64,000 nt of DNA from NCBI GenBank assembly GCA_964188305.1, contig OZ076887.1; one strand, 5' to 3'. This DNA comes from Podarcis bocagei (Eukaryota). The notes beneath the pieces were generated by a model. The model did no database searches. It was not told the origin of the DNA and saw nothing but the letters and a program-made list of their open reading frames with translations. Below are positions 49,540-61,799 of this stretch, one piece after another (positions within the stretch are counted from its first letter, which is position 1; each line of letters opens with the position of its first letter). Both the position numbers and the translations under genes were made by a program.

Positions 49540-50230
49540 GTACCACCTCTGCTTGGGGACATGTTGTTCGTGCTCCTTCTGGAGTTGTTTGTCCACCTTT
49601 GGTTCCCCATCCTGCACTCAGTTCTCACATATGGCTCCTGAAAGCTGTCAGCATGCAACAGCTGACACACCCTGGGAAGGGCTTCGACTGGCCGGCTAAA
49701 CCAGATGAGGGTAGCAGATGGGTCTCAAACTCTGGATGACTTAGGGCAGGGGTCAGCAAGGTTTGCCAGCCATGGGCTGGATCACTCCCACAGAGATCGT
49801 CCGTGGGCCACACAGGCACAGCACAACACCAGACAAATCACAACACCAGTCTGAGCATGTCCGCGGCGCCAGAAATCGCTTCTGTGCATGCCGAGACACC
49901 GAAAATCGTGCCTGCGCAGAACCGACTTCTGTTGTCTGGACATGCGCAGACGCGATTTTCGGTATCTGCACATGCACAGAAGCAATTTCTAGTACCGCTT
50001 GGTGAGTCCCTGCGCCACACCAGCTTAGCACAGCGCACGGGGGACTCGCCAAGCAGGCGGCTCGGTTTGGGGGCGGCTCATGGGCTGGTAAAACCATCTT
50101 TGTGGGCTGCATCTGGCCCATGGGCCACACGTTGCCGACCCTTGACTTAGGGACTTGCCCTGCATGTGAAGACAGGCTCTGGAAGATTGAGTGGATGAGG
50201 CCAACAGTGGTTCTAACCTCCCAACATCTG
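49540..50230 (+). mobile_element. Older interspersed repeat (possibly an RTE-type LINE 5' region) split by a hAT element
   Basis: GC-richer block that is continuous across the acttaggg duplication. Resemblance is to recalled RTE 5' regions only. Confidence 0.4.
49747..50144. mobile_element. Non-autonomous hAT element (398 bp) with a CpG-rich internal palindrome
   Basis: TIR CAGGGGTCAGCAA / TTGCCGACCCTTG. Perfect 8-bp TSD acttaggg. Confidence 0.9.
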
Positions 50231-52725
50231 AATCACTGCCACTTACTGGGAGGGAGAGGTGGGCATGGTGCAAATCCAGTGCTCCAGCTGGTGTGTTTAC
50301 ACCATGTCAAATTCCCTACCTCCTTGCCGCTCCTCCTTTCCCTCCCAGTAAACAGGTGTTGGGAGGTCAAGTAAATGCTTCTGCCTTCTGTGCCACCCTT
50401 ACTACAATTATATAATTGCAGTACCATCCATCAGGAATTAGTAGCATAAAGAAATCCCAACCAACAATTGAGAATCAATGATCCAAAATTATCCAAAAAC
50501 AGCATACCAAATGCAAGGGTGCCTGGTTGGTTGGTTTCTAAGAGAAAAATGTTTATGTCTAATCAGTTGCAGACAGGACAAACTGTCAGGCACTGCATTG
50601 CCCTTTGAAAACAATTAATGGAGATTAAAACGATGTGTTGCAGTGAAACACCTAGCCATATTTAAGTAAAGAAAAGTACATGAAACAGATATTGGAGAAA
50701 AAATCATGAAAGAGGAAGGAATAATAGAGAAAGAACAAAGTTAAGCACAAGGGAACTCATTAAATGAATGGTCTTAGCCGCACATTACTCTGTGCTGGAT
50801 TATATCAAGCAAAGGGGAAATGTCCAGGAAAGAGAACGGATGGCTTAATCAGGATAGTCTTTATTTATTAATCCGAGTAAGTTATGGAGGAGACATTGTC
50901 AAGAATTTATTGCATTATGAACAGAGCCAAGCTAACTGCCCTTGAGACAGATGTCTTCTCTCTAAAGACCAGAATAGGTAATGGGAATGAACACTTCCCC
51001 ATCCTTTCTCTTGCCCTTTAACTATGCTTCAGCACTTTTCTAATGTAAATGACAGCTGGGCTGAACAAAGGAGAACGTTTTTACGCAGGCACAGACACTT
51101 CTTGCCCCTTGGTCAGCAAGGGTGCCAAACTGGATCACAAGTGATGGTGGCAGCAGTGGTTGCTCTTACTTGGTGGCCAATCAGAGACTAAGGACAGTTC
51201 TAAGACCAGAAGCACATGCAATCTCGGGTTATTGAAGAATGCAAACAAATCCATTCAACATTGTTGTTTTTAAAAGAACCATTGCAATAAGGACAATTTC
51301 TTCGTTTCTCTTAATTTGGGTAGCACCAAATTAACCAATTCCTAGGTCTTCTCAACGTGTATTCCAAGGGCATACAAGATATGCTCTGATATCTGCTGCA
51401 GAACCTGGGCTTCCCCTTGAAATTTTCGTCTGGCTGTGGCATGGACAGGGAGGGTGCATTGAGATTGGGTGGGTATTTGGGGGTGGGATTTGACAGTGTA
51501 GCAGCAAATCTAGGTTGCGCAATTAAAGTGGATTTGGTGGTCTTGCGCAACAAACTCACATCCTTCCCCAAACCTGAGGTTTTGCAGTAAGGAAAGTGGT
51601 GGGAAAACACACTGGAAAGTGAGGGATAAGTTTCTTGAGGCAATGTCATCTAAGCAATCAGGATGAATGCTCCATTTAAAAAAGTCATCTGGAAGTGACC
51701 GAAATTAAACTTTCTAACCCTACCAACCCAAGGCTGTTCAGGCATCTCTGTGGCTGTTATTTATATAATAAAAACCAGTTTTTAATTTGTTTAAGTCTAT
51801 TCTATTGTGGTTTTAACTTTCTGCATGTTTTAAATAATGACATAAAACAATAAAATTATCACTAAAAGATTTACCTTTTTTGAATTAAATAAATATAATA
51901 ATTCATGTTAACATCATATCTAGTTTGGTCCTCACTTGAGCCGCTAAGTCTGTGCAAAAAAATGGATAGGTTCTTCTTCTACTTTGGCTTCTTTAAAGGA
52001 ATGGAATAATTTTGCAGGAAGATAACTGACATTCTTCTGCAAAATATGCCTCAGCTGGTCTGGAACACTTATCCTTGTTTAAAGGCATAAGATGCACCCC
52101 CTATATAGCCAATGCATTCTATTTGGAGCGACATTAGGCAGGCCCATTAAGCCATGCCTCTTTATCCTTTACTTAAGAGTAAAAGTGCTGTGGAAAAAGT
52201 CTCTGCTGAATTGCTTTTGAAGAATGGGTTCGATTACCTTCTCTTAACAGGTCCTTGACATTTGCAAAAAACATCAGCCTACAAAATGCAGAGATGATTA
52301 CTGAATGTTAATAACCTCTGTAGCCCTTCAATGACCTCAAATTGGTTCCTTTGCCCGTTGCAAGCTCTTTACTTATTGCCTCTGCCTATGGAATTTTATG
52401 GGAAACTTAACTTATTTTATATTTCTGGCTATTTAAAATGTATTTGTTCTGCAATGCATGCATGCAATTTAAGACAAATGCAATTTCTATTTCATTGTGC
52501 TTCATTGATTCTCTAACTTTATACTAAATTACAGGATTTGTTTGGGGATATTTATTATTTTAAAAGGTATGGGCAAAACAATGCTATCTTATGGATGGTG
52601 TGGGGAAGGGGGAGATACTATGTCAGACTGGCATAGTTTTAGGCTGATTCTATGGGTGTGTGGGGACTCAGCTAGACTGGTAAAGAAAATGCATTTTATA
52701 CACACTGTATACGCGATATAACACA

Positions 52726-52744
52726 GTGACACCAGATGGCACTG
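52726..52744 (+). promoter_or_regulatory. CTCF-like motif
   Basis: GTGACACCAGATGGCACTG resembles the CCASYAGRKGGCRS core. Confidence 0.5.
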
Positions 52745-52879
52745 TGGAGTCCCATCTTTCCCTACTGGATTTCCCTGTACGAGTTTACAACACGTTTAAC
52801 TGAATCACTTCTCCAGTTGAATCTCCAACTGAATCTCCAGTTTCCATCACCTCAGCTGGCAGAACACTGCTAGTGGGAC

Positions 52880-53029
52880 ATAATAATATAATAATAATAA
52901 TAATTTATTATTTATACCCCGCCCATCTGGCTGAGTTCCCCAGCCACTCTGGGCAGCTTCCAATCAAGTGTTAAAAACAATACAGCATTAAATATTAAAG
53001 ACTTCCCTAAACAGGGCTGCCTTCAGACA
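52880..53029 (-). mobile_element. Short L2 3' end with (AAT)n tail
   Basis: Near-identical to 706-830. Confidence 0.87.
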
Positions 53030-53039
53030 TGTTGTGTCT

Positions 53040-53173
53040 CCACTGTTTTGGGGAATGTTAAGTGGAAATAGTCCTGCTGTACTCTGGTCCTGCTTCCTAT
53101 AGGCATCTGAGAACAGGATGCTGTAACAGATGAGCCTTTGGCCTGGACCAGCAAGGCTGCTCTTATGTTTTTA
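53040..53173 (+). mobile_element. CR1 3' terminus
   Basis: gagaacaggatgctg..agatgagcctttggcctggaccagcaaggctgctcttatgttt. Confidence 0.7.
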
Positions 53174-54493
53174 TGGCATCGATATTCTCAGAGTTTTCTG
53201 CTGCTCTAATGGGGAATCTGAGAGTGGTGTGAGAATCAGAGAGGGGGAAGGGCTTGGGTGCAATCCTGTGACCCTTTGGAGGCTGGTTGTATATGACTGA
53301 CATGGGTGCATATGACCAAACAAGATGCCTTCATGTACCACTCCAGGATTTAACTTCAGAGACCCCAGGGAAGAAACTGAACCCTGAAAAACAATGCTAG
53401 CAACTCACACTAAGATTTAACAAGGCAACCCCAAATAGCAGAACCGGGGTGGGGGGAAACCAGGGAGAGTGATTTACTGCAGATAAGTACAAGAAAATTT
53501 ACAGAGAGTCGAAGCATATGAGACTGATGTACGACATCAAGACAGATAGCATTTTAAGGTCTAACAAGAAGATTCATTTCTCTCTAGGGTGACGGGGGGT
53601 TGTGAGGATCAGACACTTAACATTAAATATTTCCACATTCTACATGCCCTCATTTGCACGCTGTTCTAATCTAAATAGTTTATTAGTTGTTCACCACCTG
53701 TCACCTTGGGGACAAGGGTACAGTGAACTCTTCATCCTTGCCCTTCCACTGCCTGCTCCTCCTTTGACTCCTTATAGCACCTGCTCAACCCTCTATCCTT
53801 TACTCCTCATGTTCTGTGTACTGAATTAGTGCTGGGAGGAGAGAGCAATATTATTTTGCTGCTGCAGCAAAAGTGCTTCTGACAAAAGAAGCTGTTCTAG
53901 GCAGCCACCTGGGGCCTGTCTCAGGACAGGGGTGCTGAATCAAAATTTAGGTATGAAACACATGCTAAAGGGACAGTGTCTGAAAGGTGTCCTGTAAAAA
54001 CATAGAAAGGAGGAGTGTTACAGTTTGCTCTGTGGAACTCTGATGCTCTGATGTAAGTTACAGTCATTTAAAAGACAAGATTGTATATTTGACTGAGTTT
54101 AGTAGGCCTTACTCCCAAGTAAGAGGGCAAGGGATTTCAATTTTAGGATTATACTGTAAATCTGTCAAGTTCAATGACTTCAGCTGCTTGATGTTTGACA
54201 TGTTGTTGAAATGCCTTTTTGATTTCAATGTCCTTAAGGAAGAGCAAATGTATATTTTACAGATTAAATCCCTATATTTTTGTTAATTTGTTAATTTGAT
54301 ATTTGATTAAATTTTGAGCGCACAATGTTGTTTTTAAAACACAGACTTTCAAAAACCTGAAAGTGATCATTTCTGTTATTTTTAGAACCACACTGAGCAC
54401 TGGGGATTCATTACAACTATACGCGTTATTCATCATTCCTTATTGTTTTGTTAATCTCTCAGTTATTAATTTATGATTCCTCTGTCTCTTCCA

Positions 54494-54512
54494 TTGCAAG
54501 CAGATGGCGACA
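54494..54512 (+). promoter_or_regulatory. CTCF-like motif
   Basis: TTGCAAGCAGATGGCGACA. Confidence 0.35.
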
Positions 54513-55275
54513 CTGGAAGCACAGGGGGATATTAAAATGCTATTGTTCTTAGGAATGAACTTCTCTAGCTCCACAGCTTTCAAGCTACCTCCTCATAGAT
54601 TCTTTACGATTTCCAGCAAAATAGTACTGTAAATTATGAAGATTGTATCAGAATACAAGGACACTGAAACATGCACTCACTTTCCTTACAGTAAATTATT
54701 TGCAGTAGCTGTGAAAAATTTGACTTCCTGCCAGTGGAAAGATAGTTGGTGACAATCCTCACAGGATACTTTCCTCTACTACAGGAGAATGGAAGCGGAA
54801 CTACAAGAGGGTACACCCAGTGGGCAGGGCAACTCTCTTGCCAGTTCAGCTTCCTGCTGGCTCCACTACAGGTCATTCTTGGTGGCAGCTTCAGGCATGG
54901 CAAAAGAGAAAAAGCGGGAATGCCAGTTTGGAAGAGATTTTCCTTGTTTGTGTATCATAGGTGCCTAGTACATAAGATGATTTGTCTGACATCTACATGT
55001 TTAATAGTAGGCATTTAGATGGTGTAAAATAATTTGTACCTGAAACTGAAATTCTGAGGTGCAAACAGATTATATACATTACTCAAGATACTAAGATAAG
55101 TTGGTGATCATGATCCCGGCATGGGAGAGTGAAAGCAAAAGCAAACTTTTGTCTTGGTATTCAATGCAATTTAAAACGCTCCTATTGAGTTGTCAGAATG
55201 CATCCATCCACACCACCATAGGACTTCCCATCTTTTGCACTCAAATCTACCCTATTCCTTTACACAGAATTATTA

Positions 55276-55488
55276 CAGTGGTACCTCTGATTACAAACGT
55301 AATTCATTCTTAAGTTGAAACCATTCTTATCCTGAGGCGCACTTTCACTAATGGCGCCTCCCGCTGTGCGCATGCCTCTGACGCGCAACCTCCGCTCGCA
55401 TCCCTGGGCAAAGTTCGCAACTGGGAGCAACTACTTCCGGGTTAGCGGAGCTCGTAACCAGAAGTGTTCGTAACCAGAGGTACCACTG
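55276..55488. mobile_element. Tc1/mariner (Tigger/pogo-like) MITE, 213 bp
   Basis: TA TSD; TIR CAGTGGTACCTCTGATTAC / GTAACCAGAGGTACCACTG. Confidence 0.92.
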
Positions 55489-55546
55489 TATAAAGGTAGA
55501 GATAAGCAAAGAATACTCTTTTCTGTCACTCTAATGTGACTGTTGA

Positions 55547-55902
55547 GGGACGTGGGTGGCGCTGTGGGTTAAACCACAGAGCCTAGGGCTTGCCAATTGG
55601 AGGGTCGGCGGTTCGAATCCCTGCAATGGGGTGAGCTCCCGTTGTTCGTTCCCTGCTTCTGCCAACCTAGCAGTTCGAAAGCACATCAAAGTGCAAGTAG
55701 ATAAATAGGTACTGCTCTGGCGGGAAGGTAAACTGCGTTTCCGTGCACTGCTCTGGTTTGCCAGAAGTGGCTTAGTCATGCTGGCCACATGACCCGGAAG
55801 CTGTACACCGGCTCCCTCGGCCAATAAAGCAAGATGAGCGCAGCAACCCCAGAGTCAGCCATGACTGGACCTAATGGTCAGGGGTCCCTTTACCTTTATC
55901 TT
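55547..55902 (+). mobile_element. Sauria SINE, full length
   Basis: Head, B box and tail intact. TSD taatgtgactg (55532, 55903). Confidence 0.95.
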
Positions 55903-56999
55903 TAATGTGACTGATGGGCTGCTTGCAAACTTTGCAGGTACTTTAGGGGGTTTATTTCTCTGTGAACATGATTGTGTGTATGTAGCTGGAGCAAAGTTAG
56001 ATCACTGTTGATTTTATAATTAGCGTATGAACATTTTTAGTGCTTCTTGATGTTTATAATTCTTTTGGATCTTTTGTAATACCAAGTTTTTTGCATTGCA
56101 AGTCTTCTTCAGACTTCTTTGGTAATAGGTGTCGAACAGCTGAAATATATCACAAACTAACAATACAGAACTGTAATCAGATAGCATAATAGGAACTGTC
56201 TGAGTGAACAAATCAGGTCCAGTAAAACCAAATGTCTTTCAAAAGTAATGAGGCATTTCTTTTAAAACAGCATAACTGCAGAGCTGCATCAGAGGAAAAT
56301 ATCAGCAAACCAACAGCTCCGGCATACAATTATACTTGGTACATTAAACTTTCTAGCACTACGCAAATGCTTCCCTTGGCTGATGTCTCCAGAGTCCAAA
56401 CTAAAATAAAAGTGGAAGCAGACAACCCAGAAACTCAGTACAAACATGATAGCAATTTAATGAATCCCAGCTGAGCAAAGATCTGAGCGTTCAAAAACGT
56501 TTCTTTGAAGGATGCCCAGAATACACCACAATAAGTAAGTGGGATTCATTCTACCCTGATTCATAGATCTTTACCAAGAGAGAGATCCCTATGTATTCAG
56601 CTGCTGGACTACCTGTTGGTTGGCATTTGGTGGTGGAGGGGCAGCCATGAACAGTCTGGAAACAACTTGAAAGGTTGGAAAAACAACGCCCTCGCTAGTT
56701 CCTAGAGGCTGGCCTTTGCAGAAGAACGCAGGCATCAGGAGCTTTTGAACTTCAAATGAAGTATGGTGATGCCTTGCTAGGGCATTTCCAGGCAGAATGA
56801 GTAATCCCAATCCAATTTCTGTGAGTGTTACTTGGCACATTAGCTTCCACACATTCCTGTTATTTCAGGCTGCATGCATATGACCTGCCACAAAGTAGTT
56901 AGGTTGCTCTTTTTCAAATTCAAGCTTGTGGGAGGGGGGATGCATTGAAACATAGTGTTTCTCTTGATGGGGTAACATTTCCTCTGAAGAAGCAGGCAC

Positions 57000-57265
57000 G
57001 TGGCTTGGTGGTCATTCTGGATCTATTGCTGTTGCTCGAGGCTCAGGTGGCCTCAGTGGCACAGAGTGCCTTCCATTAGCTTTGGCTGGTGGTTCAGCTG
57101 CACCCCTATCTGGACAGGAATAACTTAAGTTTTGTTGTCTATGCTCAGGTGATTACTGCAGCACATTATACACAGGGCTGCCTCTGAAGATGGTTTTGAA
57201 ACGTCAACTGGAGCAGAGTTCAGTGGCCAGGTTGCTCACCAGGGCAAGATGGTTTGAGCACATGA
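57000..57265 (+). mobile_element. Old L2 ORF2 fragment
   Basis: Encodes EAQVASVAQSAFH*LWLVVQLHPYLD and later GLPLKMVLKRQLEQSSVARLLT, homologous to the 7181 copy. Confidence 0.75.
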
Positions 57266-57984
57266 ATCTCAGGTGAAGGGCAAGGTAGGTATTTTAAAAA
57301 CACATAAGAGAGGGAAACCAGGATAGATACAGGGCAGTATTAGATTTGTGGCTCATGTTGTGCAGACTGCGCTTCCTAAACTTGCTTGGAACTGAATACA
57401 GGAAGCGATGCTGCACCCTTTGTAACTCAAAAGTACATCGTCTGCTCTGGAGCTGGGTAAGGGGGCATCCTCAAGGCACTTTGGGTGGCAAAACCAAACT
57501 TGTGCCATCTCTTCCTTTGTTCTGTGGTTGAATGTTTCTCTGCAAAGCTAGGTCCGCCTGTTGCGAGACATGATCATCCCCTTGCACAAACTCAAACTAT
57601 CAGTCAGAGACAGGAGAGTTTCAATGGTGAGCTTCAGTGCAAGGATGCCAGAGTAACTCAGTGACAACATTCTGCAGCATCTCACAGATCTAAGGCACTG
57701 AATTAAAACACTGACAGATGCACTACGATAGCTTTCATTTAGATTTTTCTGAAAGCTCATGTACTATTGTTCCCGGGAGAATAGACTTTATACCAAGAAT
57801 GAGCAACACTTCTGCTGTTGGGTGTAATCTTGGGGAGGGAGTTAGTGTGGGAGTCAAGCCCCCCCCCCCCTCCATCTCCCTTTCCTGCACATCTGAACTG
57901 ATAGCTTGCAGAGGGCTTTTGAAATTAGGCAGAGGGCAGAATGCAGCCCAGGGCTACAGATTACCCACCTTTTGCTTCCTATGT

Positions 57985-58122
57985 CCACACTCAGAGACAG
58001 CAATGAGTGTGCTCTTGCGCTCAAGTCCTGCTTAGGGGGTTTCCCACAGGCACTGTGAGAACAGGATGATGGATTAGATGGGCCACTGGCTTAGTCCAGC
58101 AAGCTCTTCTTGTGTCCTTATG
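57985..58122 (+). mobile_element. CR1 3' terminus
   Basis: cactgtgagaacaggatgatggattagatgggccactggc..tccagcaagctcttcttgtgtccttatg. Confidence 0.7.
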
Positions 58123-58896
58123 GGAACCGTTTCCTGATTTCATTCATTATAGGGCCATAAATTCTGAAAAATTCAATTGATTTTAGGATGCTGGCTAGAA
58201 GGCTAAAATTCTAAGCGTAGTTATAAATGGTCTTCTGCTTTCATGGTGACATGTATTCTTGCACACACACACAGCTGATAAAATGTCTACCCCAGTTGCT
58301 TCCCAGAAACTGTATTGATTTTCCTAGCAATCAGGAGATAAAACAATCCTTAATGACTTTGCTTAAGAACCATTCTTCTTCAGTGGACAAAAAAATAACC
58401 CTTTCCATCCCTCTTTGTTTGTATATCTAACAGATTGTTAGATATACATTGCTACAACGGAACCAAAAGAAAACGTCTAAATATACACATTAGTCACCTG
58501 ACTATTGTTCATAACCAAATGCCATTCGTGGTTCTTTTTAAAATATTTTTTAAAAATATTATTTCTTAATTGTTTCACACTTGGTTGTAACAAAGCCACA
58601 AAGTAGTTTACAAAAAAAAGGAAAGTTAATCATAAGAAAAGGATATGTTGAAGCCCGTTCATTCTAACTTGGCAACAAACAAGTGATGATTATTTTCTCA
58701 ATAGCCACATCCTTCTGAGTCTACATAACTCAAATAGACAACAACCCCCCCTTAACACAACCATGTTATTTAAGAACATGGCCAGTAATAGGGTCTGTCC
58801 TTTTTCCTGCTTCAGTGAGCAAGATCAAACATGTGCTGTACTTCAGCACTACACCTCTTCATATACTTAACCATTAGGGAAGAGAACTATCCAAGG

Positions 58897-59016
58897 TCAG
58901 CGGTGGAGAATTAGTGGTCCATAAGATGTGACTGGTCTCCAGTCCCCATCAGCCCCAGCCAGCATGGCCAATAGTCGGAGATCATGGGGGTTGTGGGCCA
59001 CAGGTTCCCCAGCGCT
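58897..59016. mobile_element. Decayed hAT MITE
   Basis: cccatcagccccagccagcatggccaat..caggttccccagcgctg. Confidence 0.6.
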
Positions 59017-59867
59017 GATGTAGATGTTTGTGGGGAATTCAGGACTCAAGGCATATGCACATCTATCCTGGAACAACCTCTGATAAATTCGCCATTCATA
59101 ACTTGCCCTATCACAAGGCATCAAGGAAGTTTACAGCAATTTTTCATAAGCAAGATGGGGATCCCATAATACACTTTCAAATTATTTGATCAACAAACGT
59201 ACGAAGGACTGGATTGCCATTGGCAGCAGGATGTGTTTGGGGAGATAAATATTTCACAATTTTAAGGGAGTGCATTCAGGCATTAGCCTCTGGGAAATCA
59301 ATCATTATCCATGATTAATGGCTGCCTCATAGTAAACAGCCCAGAGCAACAGCCAAAGATTAACATGACGTCCAAATGCCTATATTTTAAGTTTGGCTGA
59401 GCAGCTGTGTTTGTAAATCAGCTGTCATGTAAAATGCCACCAAATGCAAGTCATATTCTGAAGTTGTGATTTTGTTTAAATGAGGCTCAATAAATAATTG
59501 GAGCAGATTGCTTAACTTGCGGGGGCTTCTATGACACCATTTATCTGGCACATGGTGTTGAATAAAATCAGACTGCTAATAGACCATGTTCAGTGAACTG
59601 CATTTTTTTCTTGCAAACTCAGTGATTTTAAGAACATTCCACAGAGACAATAATGAATCAAAATTCAACACTGGAGTTTTAATCCTTCAAGGATGAGACT
59701 TGTACTCAGTTTGCCTGACCGCTATTTGCATATTGAAATTAACACTTGATTCTCTTCCCATTGTGTTGTACATGTTGACTTGGTCTTGCAAATGTATGAA
59801 CAGCACCACTCTCCAACCAACTGAGCAATCTAGCGTAGCACAAACCATGTAGGATTTGGAACTACTA

Positions 59868-60205
59868 AAAGGTAAAGGTAAAGGACCCCTGACAGTTAAG
59901 TCCAGTCGCGAACGACTCTGGGGTTGCAGCGCTCATCTCGCTTTACAGGTTGAGGGAGCCGGCATTCATCCACAGAGTTTTTCTGGGTCATGTGGCCAGC
60001 ATGACTAAGCTGCTTCTGGTGAAACCAGAGCAGCGCATGGATATACCTTTTACCTTCCTGCCAGAGCGGTACCTATTTATCTACTTGCACTTTAATGTAC
60101 TTTCGAACTGCTAGGTTGGCAGGAGCTGGGACCGAGCAACGGTCACAGGGATTTGAACCTCTGACCTTCTGATTGGCAAGCCCTAGGCTCAATGATTTAG
60201 ATTGA
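59868..60205 (-). mobile_element. Sauria SINE, 5'-truncated
   Basis: (AAAGGT)n on +. TSD gatttggaactacta / gatttggaaccacta (59853-59867, 60206-60220). Confidence 0.92.
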
Positions 60206-60232
60206 GATTTGGAACCACTACTGCACTCCGCT

Positions 60233-60582
60233 GGGATGCGGGTAGCGCTGTGGGTTAAACCACAGAGCCTAGGGCTTGCCAATCAGAAGGTCGGCGGTTT
60301 GAATCCCCGCAACAGGGTGAGCTCCTGTTGCTCAGTCCCTGCTCATGCCAACCTTGCAGTTCAAAAGAACGTCAAAATGCAAGTAGATAAATAGGTACCG
60401 CTCCGGTGGGAAGGTAAATGGTGTTTCCATGTGCTGCTCTGGTTCGCCAGAAGTGGCTTAGTCATACTGGCCACATGACCTGGAAGCTGTACACCAGTTC
60501 CCTCGGCCAATAAAGTGAGATAAGTGCCACAACCCCAGAGTCGTCCGCGACTGGACCTAATCGTCAGGGGTCCCTTTACCTT
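60233..60582 (+). mobile_element. Sauria SINE, full length
   Basis: Head gggatgcgggtagcgctg. TSD tactgcactcc / tactgtactcc (60219, 60583). Confidence 0.95.
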
Positions 60583-60901
60583 TACTGTACTCCAATTCAA
60601 AAGATTCCACTGCTTTGAGACTTGCCTGTACAGCGTGGTTTACAAATTAAATAAATAATCAGTATCCTCTCTCATTATCATCTATCGCAACCAGCTTAGA
60701 TCTCTGGATGAGCTGCAGTAGATTAGCAAAGGATTCTGGCTCCCTATTGCTTAGTAAGAGGCGCAACAAAAAAACATTTCTCTCCCATCTAAATTAAGCT
60801 GCTGAAATGAAGGAGACTAACCAGGAGTGGAGTTTTGTGCATTCTGTTCTGGTAGGGAAAACAAATTCCTAGGTTCGGAATGTTTAATTTTCACTGCGTA
60901 A

Positions 60902-61032
60902 CAAGGATGGGAAACCTGTGGCCTCCCAGATGGGATGGGACTACAACTCCCATTGTCCCTGCCCCCGACTATGCTGACTGTGGCTTGATTTTTTAATCCC
61001 AACATCTGCAGGGCCACAGGTTTCCCACCCCA
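60902..61032. mobile_element. Decayed hAT MITE
   Basis: caaggatgggaaacctgtggcc / ggccacaggtttcccacccc; ggactacaactccca motif. Confidence 0.7.
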
Positions 61033-61394
61033 ATGTATGGTGTGTGGTTTTTTTTTACATCTGGCTCTGGTTGGGGTTGTAAGTAGAAAAAACACAGCAG
61101 ATCTGAAAAGTCTGAAGTCTGCTCAACGCTGGAGTAGACAATGCTGAGTTAAACAAATAAATCCAGTATAGCACAACTTTCTCACTTTATTCCCACTTGC
61201 CTGGGAATAAGCCCAGTGGGACTCAGTGGGATTTCTGAGCAGACCAGTGTCAGATTACAGTACACTGTTATTCCTAACATCTCATACTTATCAAATATTT
61301 GCCATTGTTTTACAGCATAGCAGGAAATGCGTTAGAAAATGACTGTGCACAAATTCATCTCGATTTGGATCATATTTCTGAAAAGGTGGGCCAA

Positions 61395-61413
61395 TGTGCC
61401 ACCTAGTGTCTGC
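61395..61413 (-). promoter_or_regulatory. CTCF-like motif
   Basis: Minus strand GCAGACACTAGGTGGCACA. Confidence 0.45.
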
Positions 61414-61717
61414 GAATGTTATCCAACACATTAGAAACAAAGATATCAGGCAATTTTTACTGCAGATAACAGAAGCCTGAAGCCACCTCACAATGGGCGT
61501 ACTGTGCATTGTAAAAGGACAAATACTCCCCCAAGCAAGTGCTTCAGCTTATTTATTTACCACCTCTGGGTTCTTAGGATGGCAAAAAGGAGGTGATCAT
61601 CCTATTATATCCTCCTGTAGGTTAATCTGAGACATGGTGACTGGCTCAAAGCTGGGAAATTGCCTTGTGAAGTTGGCAAAGTGGAACAGATGCATTAGGG
61701 ATGCTCCGCTGTACAGA

Positions 61718-61720
<3 letters not shown>

Positions 61721-61749
<29 letters not shown>
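61721..61749. repeat. (GT)n microsatellite
   Basis: Direct reading. Confidence 0.95.
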
Positions 61750-61799
61750 GAGTTTGCAGCAGCTTTCATTCCCATGAGTTCATTTGTGTCATAGTTAAT

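Noticed and set aside
55276-55902. Tigger-like MITE next to a Sauria SINE, seen twice (also 47819-48431), as a composite mobile unit
   Set aside because: Each element has its own TSD, and the subfamilies and spacing differ, so these are independent insertions.
57552-57626. Possible 75-nt exon (ag|GTCCGC...CAATG|gtgagc)
   Set aside because: Weak pyrimidine tract and no recognisable peptide in either open frame.
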